From Geosiphon pyriformis uo1 (lineage: Eukaryota; Fungi; Glomeromycota): 64,000 bases of DNA. Numbering within the stretch: position 1 is the stretch's first letter; every line of letters starts with the position of its first letter. The position numbers and the translations under genes are program-made. This document shows, piece by piece, positions 12,219 through 24,255 of the stretch. The notes under the pieces are model-generated. The model saw nothing but the letters and a program-made list of their open reading frames with translations. It ran no database searches and was not told the DNA's origin. The stretch spans positions 1,315,696 through 1,379,695 of the forward strand of contig JAAOMT010000602.1 in the NCBI GenBank assembly GCA_016748015.1, given 5' to 3'.

Positions 12219-15200
12219 TTTAATTTTAATTAATAATTAATTGAAGTTGAATATATGTGATAAAATTAAAGAAGTAGATATTGATTTCAGAAAAAAAATT
12301 AAGGGTTCATTAAAATTTCTAAATCCTTAGTTACTATTCAAAATAAAAGAAGTGTTTCAAAATTGGTTAAGGAAAAGAGTAATCTTCCTCCCTCGTTTCA
12401 TTCTCTTACTTTATATGAAAATTTATTGTATGATTAGCTGTATAATGCCACGAAGCTCGCACAACATATTTATAAGCCATTGTGAAATAACAATACAGTC
12501 ATCTGGTCTTCTTAATTGTATTGTTTTTGTTGGCTACGCACATAATACAAAGTTATGGAAATGTTGTCATTGTTGAAGCTAGAGAATCAGGTAAAGATAA
12601 TGGATATTTGACAAAGTATGATAAATAATTTCATTATATTCATATCTTATATAAGCAAATCATTTACCTATAATTTTTTTTTATATTCAGTAGGTTTGTA
12701 TGACTTTTGATCCTCCCCCTCTCGCTCCCGAAAATAGCTAAAAAATCTAATTAACTAGGTAACTTTTAATTTTTCATTTTCAACTAGTTTGCTAAAATTC
12801 AATAGAGAGATTATTTAAAATTTTTCTCCAGACAAGACCTCTTTATTAATATTAAAATTCGTAATTAATGATTATAATAGAAAAAATCTAGTTTTGCTTT
12901 TTTTTCCTGGAAGTTTGAAACCCTAAGAAGGGATTTTGTTTTACCAAATTTTAGATGTGATTTCCTTGATATAAAAATTTGAAAAGGTTAATAATTCGAT
13001 TTCTTGATAAAGTTGAGGATAGCGTTCAAAAACGTCAAGATACGATTTCATTGAGATTTTTTCATCCCCACCCATCTTTGTCTACAACTTTCCTGATTTA
13101 ATTTATAGAAACAATACAAAAAAAACTTATCTTGACAATATTAAAATACCGTTTCTTTTTTTAGAAAGATTAGCAATTGAGTTCATTATAATTGACAAAG
13201 TGTCCTATTTTAGAACCTGTATAACAGCAACAATTAGATTGGAGCTCGGGTAATTTCTAGTGCTGATCAATGCGGAGAAACGAAAGTTCGGACATAATAG
13301 TTGTTAACATTGTTCGCCAAATTGACGTTAATCACTGGATTAGATAAGTGGTAGTTTTTATACAAAAAAACTTTTGATAATAAACACAATACATGTACTC
13401 CTAATTACCGAAAATATTGTTCCAATTTTCAAGGTTTAACATAGGAACTAGATGCTCAATAAAACCCCACGTAATATTAACGATTACAATGGATGATATA
13501 TTAAAAGGCTAAGATTATTTTTAGATTAATAGATTTCTAAGACGTCAAGTTAAATTATCCCACTATTCTTATTTTATTCAACAATAAAAAAATTGAGTTT
13601 TAAATTAATCCAACACTTTAATTTTTTCAAATGTAAATTCATACTTTGTATATATCAAACTCTTTCTATTGAAAATATACGTTCTTTTACTAATAGAACA
13701 AAATAAATTTTACTTCCAATAGTCCTAATTCAATGCAAGTCTTATATCTAATTCGCATCTTAAAACAAATAAAGGAAAATTTATAAAAGCCTCATGATCA
13801 ATGCACAGGATATTTTTTTTTGTGTAAAATTTTTCAGAATTTTTGAGTTCATAGCAACATAAATAAATGATTTACAAAATTAATTGTAATATATATCTGT
13901 TGTATGAGAGATTAAATCATCTTAATCTCACCATTATCTTTCTTTTAATCATACAAAATTTTTTTTACATAGTTATCAACTTTAATTGGGTTTTTTTTAT
14001 TTGTAAACATAATTTTTGGATAATGATTTTTCCCTTTGATTAAATTTATTTGAATGAAAAGAAAATTAATTCTAAAAAATTTTAATTGAAAGTTGAATTG
14101 AAATCAAAATAATAATTAAAATTAAAATAGGCTTTAAACAAAAATGTCTTTGATAATTTGAGATATTAATCGACATTTTGAAGATAAAACTGAGTATTTG
14201 TAACAATTATTATAATTTACAACTTGAATTTTACGTTGCTGACTATTTAAATATACTTTAAACATCACAAAGTTAGCTTACAATATCATTAGCATTCAAT
14301 TTTTAATAAACTGAGCCTAACATAAAAAATAAAACTTTCAAAAAAAGTGTCCAATCATCAAAAATTACCATTAACTAACTATTTTATTTTTCATTATTAA
14401 AAGTAAGAAAATTTGATGTCCTTAAAGATACTTTCAAGCCAAAACGTATTTATGGCTCTTGATTGAGATGATTGTCGCCAAAGAAAATTGGAAAATACTT
14501 TTTATGTAATAATATCACAGAGCTGTGCTGAAAATTAAAAGTGCAAATTCTTGACATAAATATTTTTGATATTCATGTACTGAGTAGTTTCCCGATTATT
14601 AAATTTATCATGAGCTATAGAATACACTAAAATCTACTGAAAAAAATTTACATTAAATCTACATTCTAGCTGTGAATTTTCAAGAATTATGAGATTTCCA
14701 GAATCCATGGACTGCCTTTGTCAAGATATCGGAAAACAACAACCTAAAACCTCTCCCTATGTGGGGTACAGCGTATAAATCTTCATGTAATTTCAGACTA
14801 TTGTTGTCATTCGAGCTTCAAACATAAATATCATTTATTGCATTGGAGATTCGATTTTTATGTAGTCTGTAAATAAAAATATAAACAAAAAGCAAGGTAA
14901 TTTCGGATTCAGTATGATAAACTATAGTATCTTTATTGTAAAAAATAATAAAAAGCTTAATGCATATCAATTTTTTTACTAAAAATCATTTTCAAAAAAA
15001 AAATTGCCCCGCTGAAACTTGTAATTTTTCAAAAACTAACATTTATTATCAATTTTGGATTGATGTTTGGCTCCCAAGAGCTTTGTTAACGACAAAAATT
15101 TGAGGTATCTTTCAATGCAAGGATCTACTTTATAAAATTGTGAATGATCAACTTTTTATTTTATTTTTTATTTTTTAAAATTTTAAAGCGGCATGCTTAG

Positions 15201-15687
15201 CTCAATCTAGATATTGTAAGCATGTCCTGTGTAAAAATCACGCAATATTCTTTAATAAAACTCATATTTACCTTTACTTCCACAAAGAACTGTTAAATAT
15301 TGACAAAAGTTTCTTCTTTTACGTATTTCATCCATAGGATGTTCCAAGTCATGCAGATTTTCATGGATTTACTTAACTTTTTGGTACTATCTCATCTCTA
15401 AACAACAGTTTTCATTCAAAAAAAACAGTTATAGTAAAAAAAATTAAGGCTAATGTCAAGAATGAAAACACAAAGAAATAGCATTTTCAAATTTTGAAAT
15501 GGAAATTATATAAAATTATTGCACCAAGTGTCAACGATCTGTTGTTATGAAAATCAATTACATAATTTTACCAATATTGATCATTTGATAAAAAGTGCCG
15601 AGGCAGTAAATCTCAGTGATCCTTAGAAATGAAAAAGATTTAGCACTAAAAATAAAAATATGCATTGCCAAGTAAGGTTACTATTTC

Positions 15688-16930
15688 CTTGCATGTATAG
15701 GCTTCATTTCGGATGACAACATGAACTTCTAGCTCCTCAGCCTTGGCGATCAGAAGTTGACAGAAACAGTAACATAACCAGTGAAGCATTTTTCAGACAG
15801 TATTTCGCGTCCTTTCTCTCGCCTTACAATTGTCATGTCTGCCACCTTAAACGACGAGGTGACAATTGCGTCAAACTCGTGAGTGAAAAACACGATTGTC
15901 TTTCACCCTGCAGACGCACAATTCTTCGTCGTAAACTTTGAAGTAGAGACAGCCAGTTCGAAATGAAGTGATTCATATACTTTACACAGGCAAAAAATTC
16001 ATCTAATATCACCAAAGTCCATTTTAACACACTCCTTTAGAGTGGAACACCAATTGAAGACGCGAGCGCCAGAATTGCATAGATTGAGATGTACGCGGAC
16101 TTTGTTTTGTGCCTCATAAACAAAGAAAACGTTCAATCGTTGGGTTTTCGAATTTTTCGTCAGATGTAATCTTGTGCGGATAGGGCTATTTCTGTGCTCA
16201 GTCTCGAAATAGAAAGGCTACAGTGCGCTTTTATCTTATTATAAAAAAGTTTTCTTTGAAATTTTTTTAAGCAACTACGTGCATAGGCATGCATTGACGA
16301 AGTGTCAAGGTACGAGACATAAAAACGATTCAAAAATGAAAATTTTGATAACGTACTGAAGCCCCTTTTCGTACTCATGAAGTATCCGAGTAATTTTGTC
16401 TCGCGCCGTCAGTGCGTGATCAATAACTTCAGCCATTTCTTTTTCATAATACTATTTTGCTTTATCACACAAAAGGTCTTTTTATTCCACCCTACTATGG
16501 TATTAAAGAAGAATCTCGCCAAGCCTATCCATTGCTCCAATAATTGCTTCTGAGGATGTTGGGATACACCTTGATCAAAGAATGCGGTTGAGAAGTTCTC
16601 GCAGGCATCGTCACGTGCTGCCGCCCTGGTTTTTATATTGAGCTTTTTGCTTGAGTTGGCGCTCTCTTCTGTATCTAGCTGCTCGCCGTTCTTCAATTCT
16701 GGAAGTGAAGACACACTGTTAATGACAAAGTTGAACTCTAAAAGTTCGTGCCCGTTAAAGGTTTCATCATCGAAAAAAGCGACGAATTTTGCAGAATGAA
16801 AGATGTATTAGAGGAGGTTCCAAGACAAGTGGCAGAAAACGACCGCAATCACTTATTATAACTTCTGAGACCATTCTGCGACTTGTTTGTTCCAGTAGGT
16901 CATTAAGTTCCGGTCTTTTGACGTTGAAAC
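15688..16930 (-). pseudogene. Fanzor2/TnpB-like RuvC nuclease pseudogene, 3'-truncated before the zinc finger
   Basis: Fragments in order: STSKDRNLMTYWNKQVAEWSQKL; IKVYPN/QKQLLEQWIGLARFFFN (OrfB HTH); SIYAI/NSGARVF (decayed RuvC-I AIDPGVRTF); GDIR*IFCLCK/YMNHFIS; LRRRIVRLQ; FFTHEFDAIV..FKVADM; KMLHWLCYCFCQLLIAKAEELEVHVVIRNEAYTCK (cf. W.HY.F.Q.L..KA....V...NEAYTSK). Confidence 0.85.
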
Positions 16931-17141
16931 TGGATCGATATCGTTGAGAAGTTTATAGGTTGGAAATTGAGAAAGAAGGACCCGCTTTTGTTGCCTGATA
17001 TCTATTTTTGCTTGACACGAGAGACACGCGCGTAAAGGTAACAGCCGAGAAGATAGGGGAGAAGGTGGTGATTGTAGCAGTAATGGCTTTATTTTGTGAA
17101 ATTAGCTCGAGAACGAGAGAAGATTATGGAGATGAATACAT
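16611..17141 (-). pseudogene. tnpA: IS607-type serine recombinase (TnpA) pseudogene
   Basis: Minus-strand fragments in order: SHYCY (cf. HTH GHRRY); YLYARVSRVKQK (17040-17005, catalytic Ser codon 17022-17020); LLSQFPTYKLLNDI; SSFNVKRPELNDLLEQ...VSEVII (cf. SGLNFKRPGL..LL...VSEVVV); VFTSRIEERRAARYRRER. Stops and frameshifts lie between the fragments. Confidence 0.85.
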
Positions 17142-18658
17142 GGTAAGAGAGCAATTTTAGATAGCAAAAAGAAGGTAAAATTATTTATTGGCACGAGTTT
17201 GAACCTTACTAAGCAGCTTTATTATAAGAATTTACTAAGATTTTTCAGCGTAATTAATTTATCACTTGACCAAAAACCTTTGCTCTTTTTTTTTAAGAAC
17301 CTTTCAAACCAATCGATAGAAATAAAGCTCTTTTCCATTTTTTATATGTGAATTAAATACAAGATTCTTTAGAATTTTTTAACGATTCAAGTTTTCCAAT
17401 CGTAACAATGTTTTGATTTTTAATTTCATGAGTTGAACCTAAAATTCTTGTATGCAAATATCTAAGTTAAAAAAGTATATGATTTGCGTAAAAAATGTGC
17501 AAATTCAAAATCTAGCCACTTCAAATTCTTATTAATACCCCTTAAATTTTAGCGGACAAGCGTAAATATTTTGAATTTATTCTCTCAGAGTATTGTTGAG
17601 CATTCTGGGAATGCCAAATTATTTGTCCAACTACCCAGAGTACAAACTTGAATTAAAATCTCTCGTATGATGTAGTGCTTGGCTCAAAATTTTCATTATT
17701 AGAAAATGTGCAATGCCATAAAAGCACTCTTTTTAAGATTTTTTTTTCTTTGTTACTTGTTTACAATTAAACTTCTTTGCAGAAGAAAATGCTTTCAAAT
17801 GTGCTCTAGGCATAAAACGCCAATTTTGATTAATGATACTAGGAAAAGTTCAAAGGAGAGTTTCAGACATACAATCATGCAGGTCTAAAATTATCAAAAC
17901 GTCAACAATTTTTGGGGTTGCCATTGATGGAAACTTATCACAATGGCTATAATTTATAATAGCTTTATTCCTTAATTTTTAATATCAAGCTTGTTTTTTT
18001 TTTGGCTGAATTTTAAGACTATTTACTTTTCTTAACTTTCGGATGTGAGAAATTTGAAGGGACACTTTGCATTGCAAATTCTGATCCGGTTTCAAGTCAT
18101 TGTTACTAGAGATAGAGAAATAGACTCTAGCATACTTAAAAGACAAACATGAGAATTCAAGCATTGTCATTTGACTATTTTTGGTGAAATAAATTGTATT
18201 AAATATGCAAACATTCGACACATGTCAAATATTTGATGTGCTTTGATTTAGTACCACAATAAATTCTTAAGTAATTTTTTACGCCCAAAGAGTGAATTTA
18301 AAGTTTTTCCTCCTGGGATGAAAAACAATTTTTTTTTAGCTTCACATGAAGTTGAGATATTGAAAAGCAATCTTATTGGCTGATTAGTGTTTTAAAATTA
18401 GGATTTCCTATTTTTTCTGTTTTTTATTTTTGAACAGGAATGTATAGTAATATTATTGCCAAAAATCTCACGTTATTAACGGAAAGACAAACCAGGAAGC
18501 AAAAAAAAAACCAATCCTTGGAATCCTAATTCTTTTACCTGCATTACATCATCTAATAAAACTTTAAGGCTTAACGTTTCACAACGACCAAATAAAATTT
18601 CGGGGCTTGATACATTTAAGATTAAAATCTGTACTACAAGAGAGAAATTGACCAATAG

Positions 18659-18732
18659 AAAAAGGAGCTTATATTGAGCTCCTTTTTTATCTTAGAGAAA
18701 GCTCAACTTTGAGAAAGCTCAACTTTGAGAAA
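18659..18732. repeat. Perfect 11-bp inverted repeat plus 16-bp tandem repeat upstream of an HMG gene
   Basis: aaaaaggagct-tatattg-agctccttttt at 18659-18687, then gagaaagctcaacttt about 2.4 times at 18695-18732. Confidence 0.85.
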
Positions 18733-18918
18733 ATACAAGGCAGTGAGATATTTGTCACACTCTAAGGAAGTTTTCATATTAGATTTGAATTCAAAAGTTT
18801 ATTCCACTTGCGCAGTAACGCCACCTCAAGTATAAAATTGAGTTGTTGAATTTTGTTTCAATCATCTCGGCGAACTTATTTTTACCTTTAAACACTCGAA
18901 ACAATCGTATCAAAAAAT

Positions 18919-19722
18919 ATGGATGAGTATTTGCAAAATCTTAGTCAATCTGGTAAAGAGATGATTATTGTGTTTGAATCAGATCTCAATCCCCCATTTT
19001 TTAAGTTAGTCGTTCCCTTGACCAAACTCCTTCAGCTAAACAAACCTTTAATGTCACAAAAAAACAAACAAAAAACACCAAATGGTTTTATTCTCTTTAT
19101 GATAAATTTTCGTTCAGGCTACAAGGAGGAATGCCAATGCTCAAATTGCCTACCTAAAAATGAGAATGCACCCACTGATATCTCATGTCGGAAACGGATC
19201 GATCTTGAAAATTTGACCAGAATTGGCGCGAGGGAATGGCAAAGGCAACCGAACTGTATAAAGAGATACTTTGAACTGCTAGCTGATGTTGCTCAATCTA
19301 TTCAAGATGCCAAATTTAAGAGCGAGATATCACATATTAAATTCAATTTAAAAAAACAGAAGCAAAAAAATAAGAAAACTGCAACAAAAAAGAGTTCAAA
19401 TCATAAACACGTTATTATAGATCCTTATCGAGAAACTAGTACCAATTGTGGTAAATTCCCTTGTTCGTTTAACCAACATGAATTTTCACAAACCAAATTT
19501 ATGCCAATTCAAACTAGCTCTTATCTTTATTCATCCACTTTAATGCAGAATGTACCACAATCATTTATTTTACAATCTCAGGATTTGAAATTTCCTTGCC
19601 CCTTAACACAACAAGAAAACCTGTTTATATGCAACTCAGACTTAATTGATTCTCAGTATTTAAGTATTGCTTCTAATTTTTTCTTGGCTGAAACGCCTAT
19701 GGATCAAACACTTTCTCTTTGA
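18919..19722 (+). CDS. Divergent MATA_HMG-box transcription factor with a Cys-rich insertion
   Basis: KTPNGFILFMINFR...LTRIGAREWQRQPNCIKRYFELLA, followed by a Lys-rich basic tail. Intronless. Confidence 0.75.
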   Translation: MDEYLQNLSQSGKEMIIVFESDLNPPFFKLVVPLTKLLQLNKPLMSQKNKQKTPNGFILFMINFRSGYKEECQCSNCLPKNENAPTDISCRKRIDLENLTRIGAREWQRQPNCIKRYFELLADVAQSIQDAKFKSEISHIKFNLKKQKQKNKKTATKKSSNHKHVIIDPYRETSTNCGKFPCSFNQHEFSQTKFMPIQTSSYLYSSTLMQNVPQSFILQSQDLKFPCPLTQQENLFICNSDLIDSQYLSIASNFFLAETPMDQTLSL

Positions 19723-22700
19723 TTAAATATCACTTTTAAACTTATTTTCCTCTTAAGGCCAAAAAAGTTCAAGAGCTTTTGGAATTAAGATATTCTCTTG
19801 GTAAGATTTAAATATTCAATATAGTATAAACATTTCCCTGAAACCTCATATTTTAAGCAACAATAATCCCCTTTAATATGATATATTATGAATTTTTCTG
19901 ATCTAAATTTTTATTTAAAAAAGTTTATTATGATGAAACTTTACTAAAGTCTTTTAAATTTTTCGTTATTTCTTAATATTTTATGAATCAAAATTTTAAT
20001 AAATTAGTTTAGTGCATTCTAGCGATAAATTTAGCTTAAAGATTATCCCCGTGTTACAAAGTGCCCTACAAAGATTAAAATTTTAAACGCTATAATTCGA
20101 ATCAATGAACAACGAAAAAATTGCCGACTATTTAATAAAACAACCATATATTTCAATTAAAAATGACTTCACCTTCTCCGCTTGTTGAAACTTGTAATAT
20201 CCCACTTTCCATGAACAGAGAGAGATGGATTAAGATCACGGAGCCCAGGTTTTGAGGAGGAGATTGTGATGGTACAGTGCTGAAAAGGCATTTTTGTAAA
20301 GTGAAAAGCTTTCATATAATTTTTTACACTCATGTTTTCGAGCAAGAATAGTGTAAAGGATCTAGATATAGCCATGGTAGATAGAATTTAATCTGCGACT
20401 GATAAAAAAAATTGCTGGATTATTTCCCAACTTTATGAATAATCTAGTATTAAGATATTATTGAGATAAAGAAAACTGTAAACTTTGTTTAGTTTTTATT
20501 AAAAACTACTTTAATACTTTTAGAATTAATATTAAGTTTAAAATCTAATATTGATTGCTGGTAAAAAGGTAAAAAGGTCAAAATATCAAAAAGAAATGGT
20601 GTATTAAAGTTTGATTTTTTACCAAAAAAAAAAATATTAAATTGAACAATTGTCTAATTTTTTATTTTTATAAACCTCAATTATTTTAAAAATTTTTAAT
20701 GAGATTAAATATTAATTATTACTATTATTGAAATTTCTAAAATAAAATAATCTATTGACCTTCTTTCTATTATATCAATAGTTTTAAAATATATATTTAA
20801 AGAATAAATATATATTCTCAGAAAAACTTATAATAGACTATGATTTATCGACTTCGTGAGATTAGCTTTTTAAAGAAAAAAATCGATTTTTTTGATAAAA
20901 GCTTATATTATTTATATTAATTTTCAAAAATCATTTTATTATTACTGGAAGATAAAAACACTTTTAAAAAATAAAAAAAAAAGTTTAGTCTTCATCTACA
21001 TAATAATGAAACAATAAAATGCTGAACATTTTATTAAAAAAGTCTTTATATTGATCTTTGATTGTTTTCCTTTGATCGTTAAAGGCTAAATGATAAAAAA
21101 TGAATCGACAAAGATAAAACAAAAAAGCCTGTCCCGATATTATCTTTAAATCAAAAAAATCAAACAGATTGAAATAAATAATTACAATTTATAAACATAA
21201 ACACCTTTGTATACGAAAAGCTTTTTCAGGTTCACAGCGAGGAGTTAGTTGTATGGAAATAGAATCTTTGAGGTTCGTCTTTCTAAAGTGCTAAAATTTC
21301 AAAGCTTAAGAAACGTCAAATATTAATGAGTAAACGGTATGTATAGTACAATATAAGTAGGAAAATGAGCCCTTCAGATCTCAATTAAATAAAAATTTTA
21401 AAAAAGAAAAAAACTACTCTGCTCTATATGCAATCAATAAATTTACGTTCTTTTTATTGCTCACTAGTCCAAATTAAGGGTTTTTGTGATAATCTTTTAA
21501 GAGTTTAGCTAAATTAGGATTCAATAAATATCCTTTCACGGTAAATAAAACTATCAATTTATGCGCTGTTGACAATTGAAGTTTTTTTTCTTGTCGAAAG
21601 GATGACTTTTTAAAAGCTAAAATAGATCTTAAATTCAATTTTAATTTAGTAATAACTTTTATACTAAAAAAAAGTTTTACTTTATCCGTCTGCTTAAAAG
21701 TTACAATAAAACTTTTCTCATTTTTTTAATTCCCCTTTTTTTAAAGAACTATCTGCAAAACTGCTGAAACTCTTGCAGTTACCTCATGATCGAGACAAAA
21801 AGAACAAATTCCAATCATCTTTCATTGCATTATCGCTCCAACTGTCAAGCACATGTTACCACGGGCAGACAAATGGTTACTCCTTTGACTTTCTTGTGCT
21901 AAGGTTATTTCCTTGTACTTGGTATATATATATATATATTTTAAAAGACTCATTTTCAATCCAATATTATAACTTTAATATTTTGTACCTTATTATGGGC
22001 GTGTCACTAAGTAATTCAAAATAAATCTATTGTTTTTGAAACAAAATAAAAAAACAAGAGTTTATAATCTTCAAATCGAAATTTTTTCGTTAAAAACTCG
22101 ATCCGCATTAATCTCTTGTGTTGGTGTCTCATGAACTTTTCGTCATAGCTATTTTAGACCTATACTTATTCCTTTATTATCTCATTATTACTACAAAAAT
22201 CACAACTGAAAATTCGTTTTGTCAATGAAAGCAACATTTAAATCCAAGGAAGGTAAATTTAGGAAACCCCGAAGTGAATCAGAAATTAGCACTGAGAATA
22301 ATTGATCTATCACTATCTTTTAAAGAAATCAAGTTCATTTTATAAGAGAAAAAACTTCTTACATTTTTCCTCCGATATCTCAATTGACTCCATACGAAAA
22401 TTTCCAGAAACCTTTACCCTTTTATTTTGTTAGAAAAAAAAGTTTTTGCTTACATAAAAGTTTTCAAATTATATCAATTCTTATCAATCATGATAAAATT
22501 AAAAGTATAAAACAGTATGTAATTTCTCAATAAATATATAAAATGATGAATTATTTTTTTGTCGGATATGAAATGCACGAGGTCGTGGCTATGATGATTG
22601 CTATTGTGGTGCATTGCATAGCATAATACCGGAAAAACAAAAAGGTGGAAATCTTGACCATGCAATTTAATCAATTATATAAGTACATTTTTGGTCTGAT

Positions 22701-23085
22701 AGATTTCATGTAGGCCAAAGCGTGATTCAATATTTTTAAATTTTATTTTTTATCTTCAAATCCATGAAGAAATTTTTTTAAAAGAATACTTTGTATTTAG
22801 TCAATAAGTGATCATATTTCCGGTAAAAATGGGAATAACTGATGGACTTAAATTAAAATAATATGGACTTTAAACAAGAAAAATTCAGAACAATCAAAAC
22901 AGTGCACTTAAAGACTAGACTTAATAAAATAATGAGCAAGTTTATTTGATTTCATTAATAGAAGCTCATAACATAATTAGAAAATTGATTTTTTTTTAAA
23001 AAATCAAGCATATTGACCAATAATTTTAACTTAACCGTAAATCTTGTATCGAGAATTTTCTCACGCCAATTTTAGACCTTAAAAC

Positions 23086-24255
23086 TTATGTTGAAATAAA
23101 CCTCACATGATTGCGCTCGTCATCAGATGGAGGATTTTCTTTAATATTTGCTTTTCTAACTCCAGGCTTTCGGAAATGAATGTGAAGACCCTGTGCACGA
23201 AAGTAAGTAAGTCGATCTGAAGGTCCTAATTGTAAATCAGAAATTTTCGATTCAATTATTTTTTGGAATGAGAACTATTTATTAAAAAAGCCAAATTTTT
23301 TATTTTGATTACCTAACATTCCAGGAAACCCATGAGGTGAATAAACCTCAAAAGGGTTTGACATCACATTATCTCTGATGACGTTGGGTACTTGAAATGA
23401 ATCATGTAGCAAAGATGCGGAGAAATTATATTCACTGAAAAAATTAAAAAAGATTGTGAATTCTCATTTCCCCTTTCAAATCAATGAAAAGCTAGAAATT
23501 TTTGAAGAAAGGTACTAACCTAAGGTTTATTAAACTAAAGTTTAATCGAAAGACTCCTTCAGCTCTCACACTTAAATCTTTGAAAACAAAAAATAATCCT
23601 GTTTTATGATCGATGTCTAAAAATTTTTCTGCATTGGCCTCTCGAGCCCCAACCAGGTTCCACATCTTAGTCTTGGGGCTATCTGAAGTTGAAGAAGGGC
23701 AGACAAGGATAGAAGCATCTGTCCCATCTACCTGTAAAATGCTGACTTGCACTATAAATTTCGATGGATCAAGTTTTCTAAAAAAAGAGAAAAATTAATG
23801 TTTTCTAAATCCAGAAATTCTTAAAGCTCACAAATTTAAAATCTTTACTCAATATCTATCGAAATTCCTTTTGAATTTTCAACTACTAATTTAAGAATTG
23901 GGATTGGAGATATATTTCTTCGCTCCTGAAAATTTGAAAAATTAAGAAACACATGAGCAATCCTGAAAACACTAGACTATATTTGAGTTTTACCGTTTGG
24001 CTAAAACCAATTCTTCTTGCCCGATTAGGATGTTCTAGCACTTTCAAGTGATACACCCAGTCATGAGAATCACTAAAAATTTTGCAATATTATTAAAGCT
24101 ATTTATCTCGGATGAAAATTCTGGTTTCAACTTCAACATCGTAATTTAGGTACTTACCTAAAATGAGGTTCATTATGAGTAACAGAAATATTTGATTTTT
24201 GGGAAAGCTTTCTAATGGGTTGGTTGGTTGGGTGTATAATTTTCGAAAGTGACAT
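23086..24255 (-). CDS. Velvet-domain protein (6 exons)
   Basis: Exons 24255-24158, 24072-23994, 23925-23849, 23777-23520, 23434-23313 and 23225-23086 splice in frame. Motifs: YHLKVLEHPNRARRIGF, ERRNISPIPILKL, NLVG, GLFFVFKDLSVRAEGVFRLNFSL, SNPFEVYSPHGFPGM, FRAQGLHI. Confidence 0.92.

Larger units (their letters stand above)
15600..17230 (-). mobile_element. Decayed IS607-family element carrying a serine recombinase and Fanzor2 (eukaryotic TnpB); boundaries approximate
   Basis: Island of higher GC than its flanks. Frame-hopping translation gives TnpA motifs followed by TnpB/Fanzor motifs in the expected order (see the two pseudogene entries). Confidence 0.85.

Noticed and set aside
14700-14870. 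Possible lipase-3 remnant (YVGYS...QTIVVIRAS)
   Set aside because: Only two short motifs separated by stops; too weak without an alignment.
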